A DNA stretch of 64,000 bases from Chrysomallon squamiferum (GCA_012295275.1 CM022666.1:4836001-4900000); one strand, 5' to 3'. Shown: positions 40,006 to 55,147, counted from the first letter of the stretch. Numbers and translations are program-made. The notes: generated from the letters alone by a model not told the origin.

Positions 40006-40337
40006 TCATGTATCTTTGACTGTTTGATCCTCGCTGGTTTTAAAAATTATTCTTAGCCTGACAAAACCAGATCTGTTAAAAGATGAAAAAAAAAGAGAAA
40101 AAAACTGAATTAATTGCATGGGTTTAGATTAGTTCAAATATAATATGTGTATGTGTGTGCCTGTGTGTGTTTTTGTATGTGTGTGTGTGTGACTAATTTA
40201 ACAAATCAATAATTTAACTCATAATGATAACACTAAAGTAACTATAATGATCAGAAACCAAATAAATAAATAAATGAATGAATAAATTAATACAAACAAC
40301 AGCAACAACAACAACATTAACAATAATAATAATAATA

Positions 40338-40415
<78 letters not shown>

Positions 40416-40443
40416 TCAGCTTGGAAGTCTATGAATCCGTTTT
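40006..40443 (-). pseudogene. Membrane-protein gene fragment (exon V and first bases of exon Z)
   Basis: V 40072-40006 open; ttcagcttggaagtctatgaatccgtt at ~40414-40443 matches the start of exon Z. Confidence 0.65.
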
Positions 40444-40796
40444 GTAAATTAAAAAATTATATATTTTCAGATACATTGTATATTATACATCACAGGATGT
40501 CAGTTTTATAATATCATACACATGGTATTTGCTAAGCTGAATCTTTAATATTACATCCTTTCATTTGTAAATTACACCCTTATTGAATTTTCAACAACAG
40601 TAACTACAACAACAACAACAACAACATATATATTTATTTATAACAATACTTTTCTGAAAGTCGAGTTCCCGGAGAAAGAGAGTACTGATTATTAATTATC
40701 GGAAAACGTTAACGTGACAAAAATAAGCCAACATCATAATTCAAATAGTTGTTTAAATATACTTGTTATTTGAAATAATATGTGTGTGTGTCCAAA

Positions 40797-40827
<31 letters not shown>

Positions 40828-41559
40828 CCGAGTACAGTAAACATTATTTAACAAAATTAATTGAAAAAATATTATCTGTGTATATAATAAATATGAAATA
40901 AATATAATCTCCATATAAACAAAATAAATACATTAATTAATTGAATAAATAGCAACAACAACAACAACAATACCAATAAATAAACAAATAAATTATTAAT
41001 AATAATAATAATAACAACAACAACAACAACAACAGTAGGATTCAAAACTTGACAAACATCAAAGAAATCCCGCACAAGTAACATCTATTAAACAAAAGTG
41101 TGAACACATGAATAATCTAATAAGAAAAAACTGTGGCAACAAAAATCCATTGTGTTCTGTATTCAGTGAGGAAACACATCAAACTTCATCTAAAAAAATA
41201 AAACTATAAGAAAATGCAACAATATTTACAAATCCTAACAATATTCTTTCATAATACACGAATCACATATTTATATATATTTCTGGTCAATTTGTGAAAC
41301 CAGTCTTTACATGTAAATCCTGAAATATTCAGTTATTTCATGTTAATATGTATTTGTGTGTGTGAAAGCGTACATGCATAACACCCATAAAACTCATGTT
41401 TAATTACTACTACTATTTCAAGAATCGTTGTCAAAGTTTTTTTTTTAATAATACTCATTTCAACAAGAATGGTGAGCTGTATTCTTTGATGTATGGTCAT
41501 AAGAATGCAGAGCGTTACATTTTGTCAAAATTGGCGAACTTGAGAAGTCTGAACATTCA

Positions 41560-41903
41560 GTAAAGCAATAAAGAATAATATAGATGGATAGAATAATTGT
41601 AATCTATCACAACAATCACGTAAAGATTAATACAGAAGAGCAAACATCTACATAAGTAGTTACACAGTGCGTTCAGTGGACAGCGACCGTTATCCTGGAT
41701 TGGTTCCCTGATGACTACATTAATTTATTCCGATTATGTGTAAGATGACAGATCCTGGCTGTAAAATTCTACCACGTGATACTCAGACTATATCATTTCA
41801 TTTTGTTGTTATTTTGTGTCGCTTACTTAACACAGGAATAGAAGTCAGCAATACTCTTTATTTAACAATAATGACAAAAGCAATCGTAATAATAATAACA
41901 ACA

Positions 41904-41943
<40 letters not shown>

Positions 41944-42260
41944 TTAAAAAACATACAAAAATATAAATATAATAACTTTGCTCATTTTCTTCATAGTATG
42001 TTAAATGACTACACATTAACTACGAAACCCACAGCAAATAAATAAATATAACAAAAAGAAAAAAAAAAAAGAAATTCAAACAAAGCAGATGTCATCATAA
42101 GAATATGATGCTTTCTGTTCAAAGACTCTGTATAAAAATCAATGACGCCAGTTGATTATTTTATCTCTCACAGGTCAGTATGTAAATATTTTACTTATTT
42201 CATACGTTATATAAAATTATAATTTCACTTATTTCATACGTTATATATATTTATATAAAT
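41560..42260 (+). repeat. Inverted, internally deleted copy of the region upstream of TNF copy B (~24150-26230), including the TATA element
   Basis: 41630-41700 is the reverse complement of ~26095-26165; 41720-41890 of ~24640-24810; TATAAAAATCAATGACGCCAGT at 42131-42152 of ~24345-24366. Confidence 0.75.
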
Positions 42261-43224
42261 CTCGCCTTGTCAGGTAAGTATAATGATAGCGATAGAAAAT
42301 ACGGCTTAGTCCCATCTGGCAGAATTTCCATTTCGTCGAAAGGCTAAATTCATGTCTTTACCTCAGTCATTAGAATGAACTGTTCCAGATTGTTTGGAAA
42401 GCGATTATTATTGTATAAATACAGTAACATCTCGCTTAACGATATCCCGCTTTAACGATCTTTTTTCTTTACAAATTATTATTATATAGATAGAAATTTA
42501 ATAGTTAATTGCTCGAAATAAATGAAACAAATGTATACAATGCATGTTTCGTTCGTTTTTCGTTCATTCACGAGCTTCTCTCAGCTGTGTTGATCAGTTG
42601 ATACGTCATACGTGCATCTGATATTCTGATTCTCTTTTCTCTTCTGCTTCGATTTGGAGACTAAAACTCGTTTGTAATTTACCCTTCCAATATCTCAAAA
42701 CGAATAACAGTATATCGGCGAATGCTGATGATAAAAAGAAACGGAAAACAATAACTTTAGAAACAAAATACATTATCTTAAATGAAACCAAACGCACAAA
42801 AATGAACCCACAATGAGCGGCATATAATTATTTATTAATGTATTTGAATAAATTGATTTGTAAATGATTTACTGTTTAATTAATATCTATAATCTATTAA
42901 ATCATTTATGTCCAAACTGCCGTTTTATTTCTCCTTATTTCACCCATTTTTTATGTCAAATTTCATCAGCGAGAAAGTAACCACTGCTTTTAACCTTAAT
43001 TCTATGTAAATTAGTCTCCCGCTTAACGATACCTCACTTAACTATCGGAAATTTGGAACCAAATAGATCTTTAATGTGACGTATTATTGTAGTATGGATA
43101 TCGCTTATCGTATAAAGTACGGATATATAACAAATATCGAAATAATCTATGTATCGAATGTAGTGAATGTAAACAATAAAAAAAGAAGGTGTTCATCTAA
43201 AAGTATTCTCACCCTATACCTATT

Positions 43225-43370
43225 TCACCCTAAAACTTGTTTTTTCTTTTGTTGCATTTAATGTATTTATAAAACTGATGAGTATCAAGTTTAGTATTTC
43301 ATTTTCCTTTAGATACAGTCTGTGTCAAACAAGTTTAAAATGTTATTAATACCAAGATAAAGACACACAC
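43225..43370 (-). pseudogene. Deleted TNF-ligand relic 4 (exon-1 fragment only)
   Basis: aaactgatgagtatcaagtttagta matches copy B exon 1 (~22682-22706), with the same deletion junctions as relics 1-3. Confidence 0.6.
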
Positions 43371-45334
43371 ATAAATAACATTATTTCAAAAAATAAAAGT
43401 AAAATAATAAATAAAACCACACACATACACACAAACACACACACACATAAACACAAACACACACACACACACACACACACATAAACACACACACAGAAAA
43501 GCGCGCAACAGATACTACACAAACAACAGAATCTTTTTTCAAACAATTAAAATAAGACTAGTGGAAAATAATCACATATCTTTCAGAAATATATACTGCC
43601 TTTTACTTCCTTTTCGTTAACGAGATGATTTTTATATTATGTGTTAGTAATAGTTGCACTTGAGAAGATAATAATATTGTAATGAAAACGAACAGAAAAT
43701 TAAGTTTCCCACAAACTGTTGTTTTATTTCCGATGACGCGTTGTCCTTCAAATCATATTTTGATTGACTCTGAGAAAATAAAATATTATCGAGAGGATGG
43801 TATGTTTAGAATCAAAACTGAATACAAAATTAATACTTAAAAGTTGCATAATGTTCATAAATAAACTATGTGCATTTATTGCTGGTTGTTATTGTTGTAG
43901 TTCTTGTTATTATTAATATTAACATTGCTGTTGTCATTCAGAGTTCAGGTGGAAAAAAGCTAAAAAAACAACAATAAACAAAAAAACAAACAATACAAAT
44001 AAGTCACATACTATTAGCGCATACACACACACACACAGTCACACACACACACACACTCACACACACACCGTGATCTATTTAAGAATTTTGGCATGAGTTT
44101 TATTATGACAGAAACTAGACTACGTCAAGTACATGTGATGTAAATGATATGCAGTGTTTTGGAGGAGTGTCAAGTTAATGTAATAACTGGTGGCTGGCCA
44201 AGCGTTGCCGACCCCTGAACAGTAGCAGTGTGAATGAAGCGGATAGAGAAATGAGAACAAAGGTTAGGCAAATATTTCGCAGACAGCAAGGTCATTGTAA
44301 GTCGAGTGAGCACGTGACCGTGCACTTCGAACAAACTACGTCGCCTAGAAGTCAGTTGTTTATGGTGAATGAAGCAGACAGTGAAATGAGATACACGTCA
44401 CACGTTTTGTGTACATTTTTCAGCGACGTCATTGTAGGCCGGGATTTTACAAACAGCTGTTTATAAACACTGCACTGGTTGACTACTTTAAGTATGTGAT
44501 ATGTACATGGTTATATAACAGCAATATTTAACATACTGTATATAAAGTATACAAATTATCCTTCATAAAATAAACATTAAATCATGTCACTGACTGGTGT
44601 ATAAGTGAAAAGTGAGTTGAAAAATATTCTCATTAATTTCACTTGATATTTAAAAAAGAAAAGAAGAAAATGATAAATGAAGAACAAGAAATTTGTACTA
44701 CATTTAAAGTAACTATCCAAGTAATAAAAATTATGAACAAGTGACCAGAGGTAAACAATACTAATTATAATGATGTTGATGATGATGATGATGAAAAATT
44801 TAATAAATTAGTAGTAGTAGCAGCCGAAATACTAATATAAATAGTAGGAGTAGTAGAAAGAATAATACTAGTAATCATGATTATATAGTAATAATATAGA
44901 AGTAGTAATAATGATGAAGATGATAGTGGTAGTAAAGTTAATGATAATTATGATAGTCATAATAAAATTAATAATGATGATGATGATGATGATGATAGAC
45001 ATAATACAATTAATAATCATAACATTTACGATTCTGAAATGCATCTAAAAAGAAAAGTCTTATTGTGATAAAATAAAAAAAAATGCTTTAAATAGATTGC
45101 TTATTATACAAATTGTACATCAGATTTCAAATGTAACATATATATAAACATATATTACTGTGATCATTTCAATGCATGAGTACATAGTCTATAAAGAAAA
45201 TCCTTTTTAACTGCATCATCCACTTAACTTTTATTATTCATTGTAAACTAATCAGTGAACTTTTAACTTTCATCGGTTAATTTATATAGAAAACCAGAAA
45301 TATTTAAATATTTATTCACTGAATACAGCACACA

Positions 45335-45444
<110 letters not shown>

Positions 45445-45949
45445 ACCGACCCCTGGACTACTGCGTCACTTCTGTTCAGGTGTTCGGTAAGTGATATTAA
45501 CCTATATAGTACTGTCACGTGACTGGAATTCTACTTATTCAAGTAACTGGGTAAAAATAATTAAGTTAGGTAAACGTGAATTGTGGTACATCTACAAAGT
45601 CATTTTATACACATGTACACACTATTATGTATATTTAGTTAATATTCGCAGTTTATTACCTTACTGCATGACCTTTATTCAGAGCAAAGACCAGCTGGAA
45701 AAAAAATTCTTCAACAAACAAAAAAACAATGCAATACAAACAAGTCACATACTATTAGACTTTACATGAACACACACACACAAGTACACACACACACATA
45801 CACAAACACAGACACACGTACACACCGTGACCTAGTTTAAGAAAGAACAAGAAAAACAAGAAAAACAAACAAAAAGTTCAAACCAAACAACAATAAGAAA
45901 GAAACAACATGAAGAAAGAAAGAACAACAAACAAAAAAATACAAATAAG

Positions 45950-46080
<131 letters not shown>

Positions 46081-47976
46081 GATGTATTTTAAGAATATTG
46101 CTTTGTTCAGTTTGTCCTGAGTTGTTTTTATGATAGAAACTAGACTACGTCAAGTACATGTGATGTACGTGCATGAACAGAAAAAAGAAATAAAAGCGTA
46201 TATTAACCAAGTAATTTATTATTTTGTATTTAATGACTTTTCAATCGTCTAGCTCTAAATAAATGATAGAAAATTGTGTCAGTTGTTCAGCGTGTTTATA
46301 CATACTAGAGGTAGCAGTAACTGAGTCATTGAAACAAGTTGTGAACGTTGAGAAATACGATATCGGGGCAATAGCAAGATAGGTATACATTTCCCAGCCT
46401 GTGATGTCATTGTAGGTCGTAAATACGAGGGCCGTGCATTTTGTATTACCCGCCCCGCTTAGCAAACAGCTATTTATCAACATTGCTCGGATTATGATAT
46501 ATGTGTATGTGTGTGTGTGTGTGTGTCTGTGTGTGTGTGTGCACGTAAGTAGGTGTATCTATATAAGTATGTGATATGTACATTGTTATATAACAGCAAT
46601 ATTTAACATACTGTCTATAAAGTATACAAATTTTTGCTTTACAAAATAAAAATTTAAATGATGTCACTGACTGGAGTAGAACTGAAAAGTGAGTTGAAAA
46701 ATGCTCTTATTAATTTTACTTGATATTAAAGAAAGAAAAAAAAAGAAAAAAAGAAAGCAAGAAAATCACAAATTCAGAACAAGACATTTGTGTTTCTTTT
46801 AAAGTAATAAAAATAATGAACAGATGACCAGAGGTATCATTGTAGTCTTTATTTAACAACAATGTCAACATCAAATAATAATAATGATGATGATGAAGAT
46901 GATGATGATAAATTTAATAGCAGTAGTAGCAGCAACAGCAGCACTAATTTCAATAGTAGTAAGAATAATACTAATAGTGTTGATTAGTAGCAGTAGTAGT
47001 AATGATGATGATGATAGTGATAATAAAATTAATGATGATGATGATAGTGATAATAAAATTAATGATGATGATGATAGTGATAATAAAATTATTAATAATA
47101 ATAATATTTATGTTTCTGAAATGCTTCTAAAAAGAAAATGCTTCAAATAGATTGTTTATTATGCAAACTTAAAATGAAATTTTAAATATAACATATATAT
47201 ATAAACATTTATTACTTTCATAATTTCACTGCATGGGTACATACTGTATAAAGAACACTTAACTAGTATTACTCATTATAAACCAATCAGTGAACATTTA
47301 ACTTTCATCAGTCACTTTATATTGAAAATAAATATGTAAATATTTATTCACTGAATACAGCACACATGCATTTTACATAGAACATCCCTAGAATACATTC
47401 AGTGTTTTTTGCAGAACATCCACTGTACAGATTTACTGAACACAGACCATCTGTAGTACATACATTACATATTCACTGTACAAAGAAAAGCCATTATGCA
47501 TGGAGTATTCATTATCATTTAACATTAATTATATTTATAGCATCCACAGATGTACATGTTTAGGATATCAACTGCTCAAAAACATCTTTTACATACAACA
47601 TATACAGCAGAACATCCATTGTGTACAGAACATCTACCATACAAGAACATTCACTGTACACTGAACATCTACTGTACTTAAGCATCAATGTACAGTGTAT
47701 ACAGAACATCTGTACAAGATCACCTTTTAACACAGGACACAGACTGTAGAACAACCACTGTATAAAGAACATCCACTGCAGAAGAACACATATTGTACAT
47801 AGAATATCAACTGTACTAGAGCATCCACTGTACAAGAATATCCAGTAAAAAAAAAAAATTCTGAATAATGATGATGACAGTGAAAATTTGAATGATGATG
47901 TAGGATGATGACCGTGACAACCTTTGTTCTTACTTATGAGAATGTAATATTTTTAGGTTTTAAATTAATTTCTTTT

Positions 47977-49932
47977 CATGCATCTTTCATTGTCTGATCC
48001 TCGCTGGTTTAAGAAAGTATTCTTAGCCTGACAAAAACCAGATCTGTTAAAAGATGAAAAGAGAGAAAGTAGAAAAAAAAAAAATTAATTTCATGGAGTA
48101 AGTTTAGTTCATATAATATGAAAGAAATAATTATTTGTATATTTGTTCTGCATGAGAAACAAGTCGACTGTTGATCATTTCAGCTTGGAGGTTTATGAAT
48201 CTGTTCTGAAATAAAAATATATATATATTCAAATACACTGTATATTATACATCACAGTATGTCAGTTTTATAATATCATGTACTGAATACATTGTATTTG
48301 CTATAGTGAATCTTTAATAGTATGTCCTTTGATTTGTAAATTACAGGATACATGCTGTATTATAAAGATCTTTAAGGTTGCCGTACTGGAATAATAATGT
48401 ATCATTTGGTACATAATTTACATAGTATCTACTGCACTCTATTCATCTTTAATACTGTATTCCTGGATATATGATATGTACTTTATTAATCTTTAATACT
48501 ATATATCTGGATATATAAATTACATGGTATGTACTGCACTCTATTAGTCTTTAATACTGCATCTCTGAATATATGTGTTACATAGTATGTACTGCACTCT
48601 ATTAATATTTCAGTCTATGAATCCAATGTGAAATTTAAAAAAAAAAATATTTTCAGATACATTGTATATTCTACATCACAGTATTTCAGTTTTATAATAT
48701 CATACACTGAATATATGATATTTGTTATGCTGAATCTTTAGTATTATATCCTTTGATTTATAAATTACATGATATGTAATGTAATAATTTTGTATATTAC
48801 ATCCTTGGATATACACATTAATGTATTCATTTATACTCTACACCACAGGACCTCATTTGTTTATAAAATGATACACAGAATACATATTATTTGCAATACT
48901 GAATCTGTAATATTATATCTTTGAATATATAAATTACATGGTATGTACTGCACTCTATTAATCTTTAATACTGGATACATAAATTACATATCAGTTACAA
49001 CAGCATATCTTTAGACGTATAGATTACATGGTATGTACTGTACTTAATTATATAATATTTAATACTATATCCCTGTACATATAAACTACATGATATATAA
49101 TGTACTGGAATAATACTGTATTCTGGATGTTTAAAATATATTATTCTGCAATTTTTGTCTTATTTCCAGTTAAATATGGATTTAAAAAAAAAAATCATCT
49201 AAAAACGAAGTATGACAATTTATTTTTTAAATTATTTAAAAATAAATAAATAAACTCACAGATAGCACTTACCATATCGTAATGGAGACCCAGTCTTTTG
49301 AAACTTTGCTTCGTTAGTACAACCTCTGACACGTGTACACTTCCATAAACAACGAGACACACAACTACAGTGACAACAGCATTTGGTATAAAAAGTGTTT
49401 GAACTACCTGGATGAAAACTGAAACTGAAACAAAATATTAACTGCGAAAAAAGTTCAACAACCATGATACAATAACAATAGTTATAAATAACAACAACAA
49501 TAACAATAATAGTAATAATAGTGATATTACATTAACAACAATAGCAACAACAAGCATTTCTAGAGAAAAAGGTCATTGAGTAGGAAAGAGTTGTCTTCCT
49601 TAGCATTCTCTGATATATATATATATATAAATACACGGAGACAGGTAAACGTAATACTGAACTGAATACACAATTTCTTAACACGTAGTCGAATATTTTC
49701 AAACAGAGATTTAGGTTTTTCAGTTTTCTCTCTAAATCATCATCACCTTCATCATCAGCTGTCAAGATAATTCGTAGTTTGTATTATAAAAATACTGGAT
49801 GACTAATAGTGTATGTAAATAAACAATAACAACAACTATAATACTAGTACTGCTACTACTACTACAACTACTACTAGTAATAATAATAATTAATAATTAA
49901 TAATAACAATAACAACAATAATAATAATAATA

Positions 49933-49971
<39 letters not shown>

Positions 49972-50400
49972 TTAAAATAATAATAATAAATAATAATAAT
50001 AACAATAATAATAATAATAGCAGTATTAGTAGTGGTAGTACTAGTAGTTGGTTTTGTTGCAATAATAGTGGTAGTATCTGTAATAATAATAATTAGAAAA
50101 TTAATAGTAGTAGTACTAGAAGTAATAGTAATAATAGTAGTGGCGCTAGTCATAATAACAACAGTAGTAGTAATAGTAATAGCAGTAGTAGTGTAACAGT
50201 AGAAATAGTAGTAATAGTATTAGAACTTGTTTTAGTAATAACAGTATTTGCAGTAATAATGAGAATGATCAAATTACGTATTAAAATAACTGATATAAAA
50301 ATTAATTTAACAATATAACAAATAAAACCTAACTAATTTTATTTAAATGTTAACCTGGTATTATTAGTAGTACTTTGTAAATATTGTTGTTGTTGTTGTT

Positions 50401-50444
<44 letters not shown>

Positions 50445-50835
50445 TATTATTATTATTATTATTATTATTAAAAAATTAATTTACATATCTTTGACCTACT
50501 AATCATACATAATTAATGTGTTACAGCTTCTATAAACATTTAAATACCTTTAATTAATTACTAATAATAATATGCACTGAAGTGTCCATAAACAAATAAT
50601 TAATTACCTGTTTCCTTATAATCCACATACTCAGGTACCCGTACAGGAGAAGCTTAGCGAACGAGATTGTCTTGGCCATCCGATGAGCAAACAACAAAAT
50701 ATCAACCACAACCATCAAACCGAATATCACACAGAACCCTGTCATTGAATTTCCCTTCACTCCGCTTTGACGTTTTCGCTGTTTCGCAGCATGGATTATC
50801 TCCCCTTGATTTGACTTGAAGAGAGGTGAGAACAA
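47977..50835 (-). pseudogene. Membrane-protein gene copy with the most 5' exons (U, X, Y, truncated Z, V)
   Basis: U ends 50608 (...FCVIFGLMVVVDILLFAHRMAKTISFAKLLLYGY, apparent 1-nt deletion before EYVDYKET|gt); X from 49758 (ADDEGDDDLERK...LRLPVSV, donor lost); Y 49407-49273 intact; Z 48205-~48140 truncated; W deleted; V from 48043 with +1 nt. Another V/3' UTR remnant at ~50860-51165. Confidence 0.75.
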
Positions 50836-51237
50836 GTGATTGTGAAAGACAATATTTAGTTTTCAAAAGTTTTGTTACGACACAACTAAATTCCTGATAT
50901 AACAAATAGATTAGGGAAACAAATCTCTGTACACATACGAACATAATATTTCTGAGAATTAGATGTATTTGTGAATATAAAACAATTGATATCAAATAAA
51001 AATTTGTTTTATGTCTGTGTGCAAAAATTGATGAAGGTGTGCCAATTGTGATCCCAACCCCCACCGATTCATTTCATGATATGACGTGAAGAAAAGATCA
51101 GGCTTTAAATGTTGTTTTTGTCTTGTTTTTCTTCAAAAATTATTCTTAGCCTGACGAAACAGATCTGTTAAAGGATGAAAATAAAGTAAAAAAAAAAAAA
51201 CATTAAAAAAATAAAATAATAATTTTATAGAATAAGT

Positions 51238-51326
<89 letters not shown>

Positions 51327-51335
51327 CATACATAA

Positions 51336-51385
<50 letters not shown>

Positions 51386-51860
51386 TTATAAAAATAAATA
51401 CATCAACATAAAAATATCAACATTGTTTATACAACACAAAACTAACAAAAATGAATTAAATCGAAGTAAACTTTATTAGAAAAATACAAATACAAATATA
51501 AACTCATATTTGATTTTTATTATTATACCTGTTTCAAAAATAAAATGTTACTTCAGAGACAAAAGCTGATGCAAACCCCTAAAAAAGCAGCGACAATAAA
51601 TTATTTTATAAATAAAATAAACTGACAAAGCAAAATCTATTGCGTTCCGGTTCATAACTAATTTAAATTTATTGCAGAGGCATCGAAAAACTTGTTGACA
51701 GTTGGAAAGACGTGGTAAATAAAAACAGGGAATACATTATTGATTAAATTACATCTTGTTATCAGTTAAGCTCAAATTTTCTTCTATATAATTTAATTTA
51801 ACCACAATGACTTATTACTCAATATTTATTGTTAGAAAAATAAATAAATAATCTTAAGAA

Positions 51861-51908
<48 letters not shown>

Positions 51909-52254
51909 TTTAAAAATATAGTGTTATTATTGCATCCGTTCTATTGCAAATGGCGTTCTTAACCTAGTTGTTCTGTCGTTAAGAACTCGACTAGCATTTC
52001 ATTTTCTTTTTTGAAAGTAAAGATATATATTTATAGCAATAATAATGCATTCATAAGAATAACAACAGTCTGTAATTAATATTGTGAAACTGAATTTATA
52101 ATAGTAATAACAGTCTATTGTAATACTGTAATATTGCTTTGATAATAATAATAGCAGTCTATTAGTAATACTGGAATATTGCATTAGCATTAATACGTTT
52201 TTATTCAAAATACTGGCAAGAATTAAATTGGAGTTTTAAATAATAAAAGTGTGT

Positions 52255-52298
<44 letters not shown>

Positions 52299-52394
52299 CA
52301 TGATAATAAGTAAAGTATTAAAGTAACAGTAATAACAAAACTAAATTACAATAATTCAAAACAATAGTATCACAGCCATTTTCTTTTCTTTTTC

Positions 52395-52498
<104 letters not shown>

Positions 52499-52670
52499 CC
52501 TCCACTGAAGACTATAAAGGAAGATGAAAGAATGTCTAATATAAACGTTTCATGGTAAAGTTAGAATAAAATAGTAGTTTGATGTATTCATGTCACTGAC
52601 TACTGTCTTTCTATCACAGCACAAACAAATTACATATCAACAGTTATAATTGATGCCTCTCGAAACAGTT

Positions 52671-53633
52671 TTACAGCATATACAGGCCAAAGTAGGTGGT
52701 CTCAGGATCTCTCAAAATTCTGTTCACAAGTGATGTTCTCACCACTACAATGTCATTGGCTTTCAGGTAGTAAACAGCTCCAATGTAGGAAGGAACAAAA
52801 CCTTCCTGATGTCCTCGTACTTTGCATGTTGTTTGAGGATTTCTGTAGAGGACTTCATAATCTGGATATATTTCAATTGAGTGATACGGCCTATAGTATT
52901 CAAGCTCTGTGAATTGGTTGTGATGGAATAAAACGCTGCTGTATACGAAGTAGTAAGCAGCTTCTTTGACTTGAATCCCGTCAGCGACAACAGCAGCAGC
53001 TCCTTTTACAAACGATCTTTTACCAGACGACGTCCATTTGATAATAGGCTTCGGTGTTTCTGAAAAGTTTGTAAGAATAAACGATTTTTAAATAATATTT
53101 TTATTTTGAATTGTCTATAACTACTACAAACTCCTGCTTTTAATTACTTGACTATCATCACTGATATTATCATTACTAAGATGTTAATACTATTGTTATA
53201 AGAATTACTACTAATATTTCCTAACCACTACTGATAACTAAGTGATAACTACTACGACTACTTTTGCCAGACCATCTTTTTAAGATACTACTACTATTAC
53301 TTCTATTTTACTACTACTACATTTATTATCAAATCATATCGTTTAACTGAGTACTACTACTCTACTACGACTGCTACTACTACTTCTACTATTACTACCA
53401 CTACTACTACTACTCTACTAATACTACTACTACTAGTACTAGTACTCTACTACTACTACTACTACTATTACTAGTACTAATATTTGTTATCTTACTTTTG
53501 TCATATGTTACGTTCACTTCCATTTGTAGATGAGCTGATGTCTTCACATTGTTTTTATTATTCAGTTTGTAAGCGACCTCTCTGATCTGCTTAAGTTTTT
53601 GTTCTGAAATATATAATTATATATACAGACACT

Positions 53634-53689
<56 letters not shown>

Positions 53690-53800
53690 CACATTGATAC
53701 ATGTATAAATACACAGACTCGTACACATATTTATATTACCTAAATTCAGAAGATCAGCGACATCTCTGACCTGTTTCTGTTCTGAAAGGTTTCTGTTCTG

Positions 53801-53839
<39 letters not shown>

Positions 53840-54776
53840 TTGATACATGTAAAAATACATAGACTTGTACACATTTTTATATTACCTAAATTCAGAAGAT
53901 CAGCGACATCTCTAATATGCTTAAATTGCTTTTCTGAAACACACACATACACAGACAAACATATGCATGCGTACATAAAACTGTACACACACACATACAT
54001 ACATACAAATACATCATTATAAAAGCTTTTGTAGATATTTAAGTATGTGTGTTTGTGTTAACTTACCACTTTTCTCAGCTTTTGTATGACTTTCACTCAG
54101 TTTCTAAAAAGAATATTAATAACCATTTTGAAGCTCTTCCACAATAATCACTTTCAAATTGATAAATATTTTTCAGGACGAACAATTTCTCCTTTTCTTA
54201 ATTCCAATATTATTAAATGTAGTTGAATCTTTTTTTTTTATTTCATTTATAATGAATGAATTTAACTTTTTAATATCCTTATATAGAATTTATCTCTATC
54301 TTAATTTCATATCTACGTAAAACTTTTTTTCTTTTTGTCTTTCTTTTAATTTTATTTTTAATTTTATTTATAATGAACTTAAATTTAATATATTTTTATA
54401 CAGAACTTGCCTATTTCTAAATTTCATACCCACATTTTATTTTATTTTATTTTTTTAACTTTTTTTTTTTTTTGTATAAAATGTATTTCTGGAATTTTTC
54501 TCAGAACTTATTTACCTTTTTCATAATTTCACTGATCACTGTTTCTCCATCACTGTAACAGCAATACGTGGTATTGTTCCTGGTTCTGTTCGTAGATTTG
54601 TCATCACAACAGTTTTCTCCTGGTTTGCACGAGATTTTCACACACAGTTCCTTCTCAAACAACAAGTTGGTTTCTCTGTTCAGAAATTCGTTTAATGTTA
54701 CAGATGCAATGAAACTGATGAGTATCAAGCTTAGTACCATAAGAGAAACGGCAATGACAGCAAGAACTGATTTCAT
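52671..54776 (-). CDS. TNF superfamily ligand, copy D (type II membrane protein, 264 aa)
   Basis: E1 54776-54516 (MKSVLAVIAVSLMVLSLILISFIASVTL...EIMKK), E2 54103-54067, E3 53603-53496, E4 53059-52671. E4 translated manually: KTPKPIIKWTSSGKRSFVKG...YYFVYSSVLFHHNQFTELEYYRPYHSIE...TYFGLYML*. All GT-AG, 795 nt, open. Confidence 0.9.
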
Positions 54777-55147
54777 TTTGTGGAACAGCTTTTAATTCCT
54801 TTTGAAGTAATCTGTAGAACATGACCAAAAGAAAACAAAATGTTATTAGTAATGAATAATACCAAGATAAATACACACATACACTATACACATTTATATA
54901 TAACATTATTCCAGCAAAAAAAAAAAAAAAAAAAAAATTAACTTGTATAAATAAAAAACATTTTAAGAATGGTTAAATAAATAAATAAAATAATAACTAT
55001 TACCAAGACAAATTCACACACAGTATACACTCGTACATATAGCTCTATATAACATTCTTTGAAGAAAAAACAAAAAAAATAAATAATACTATTTACGTCG
55101 ATAATGGTCCAGTGTGAGGTCAAAAAAAAAAAAATAATAATAAAAAA

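Noticed and set aside
44204-44217. GTTGCCGACCCCTG resembling a hAT/Charlie terminal inverted repeat
   Set aside because: No partner end or target-site duplication found
52730-52990. Short ORFs overlapping TNF exons (also 5423-5704, 8040-8249, 22538-22780, 54568-54795, 62316-62543)
   Set aside because: Antisense or off-frame shadows of real TNF exons
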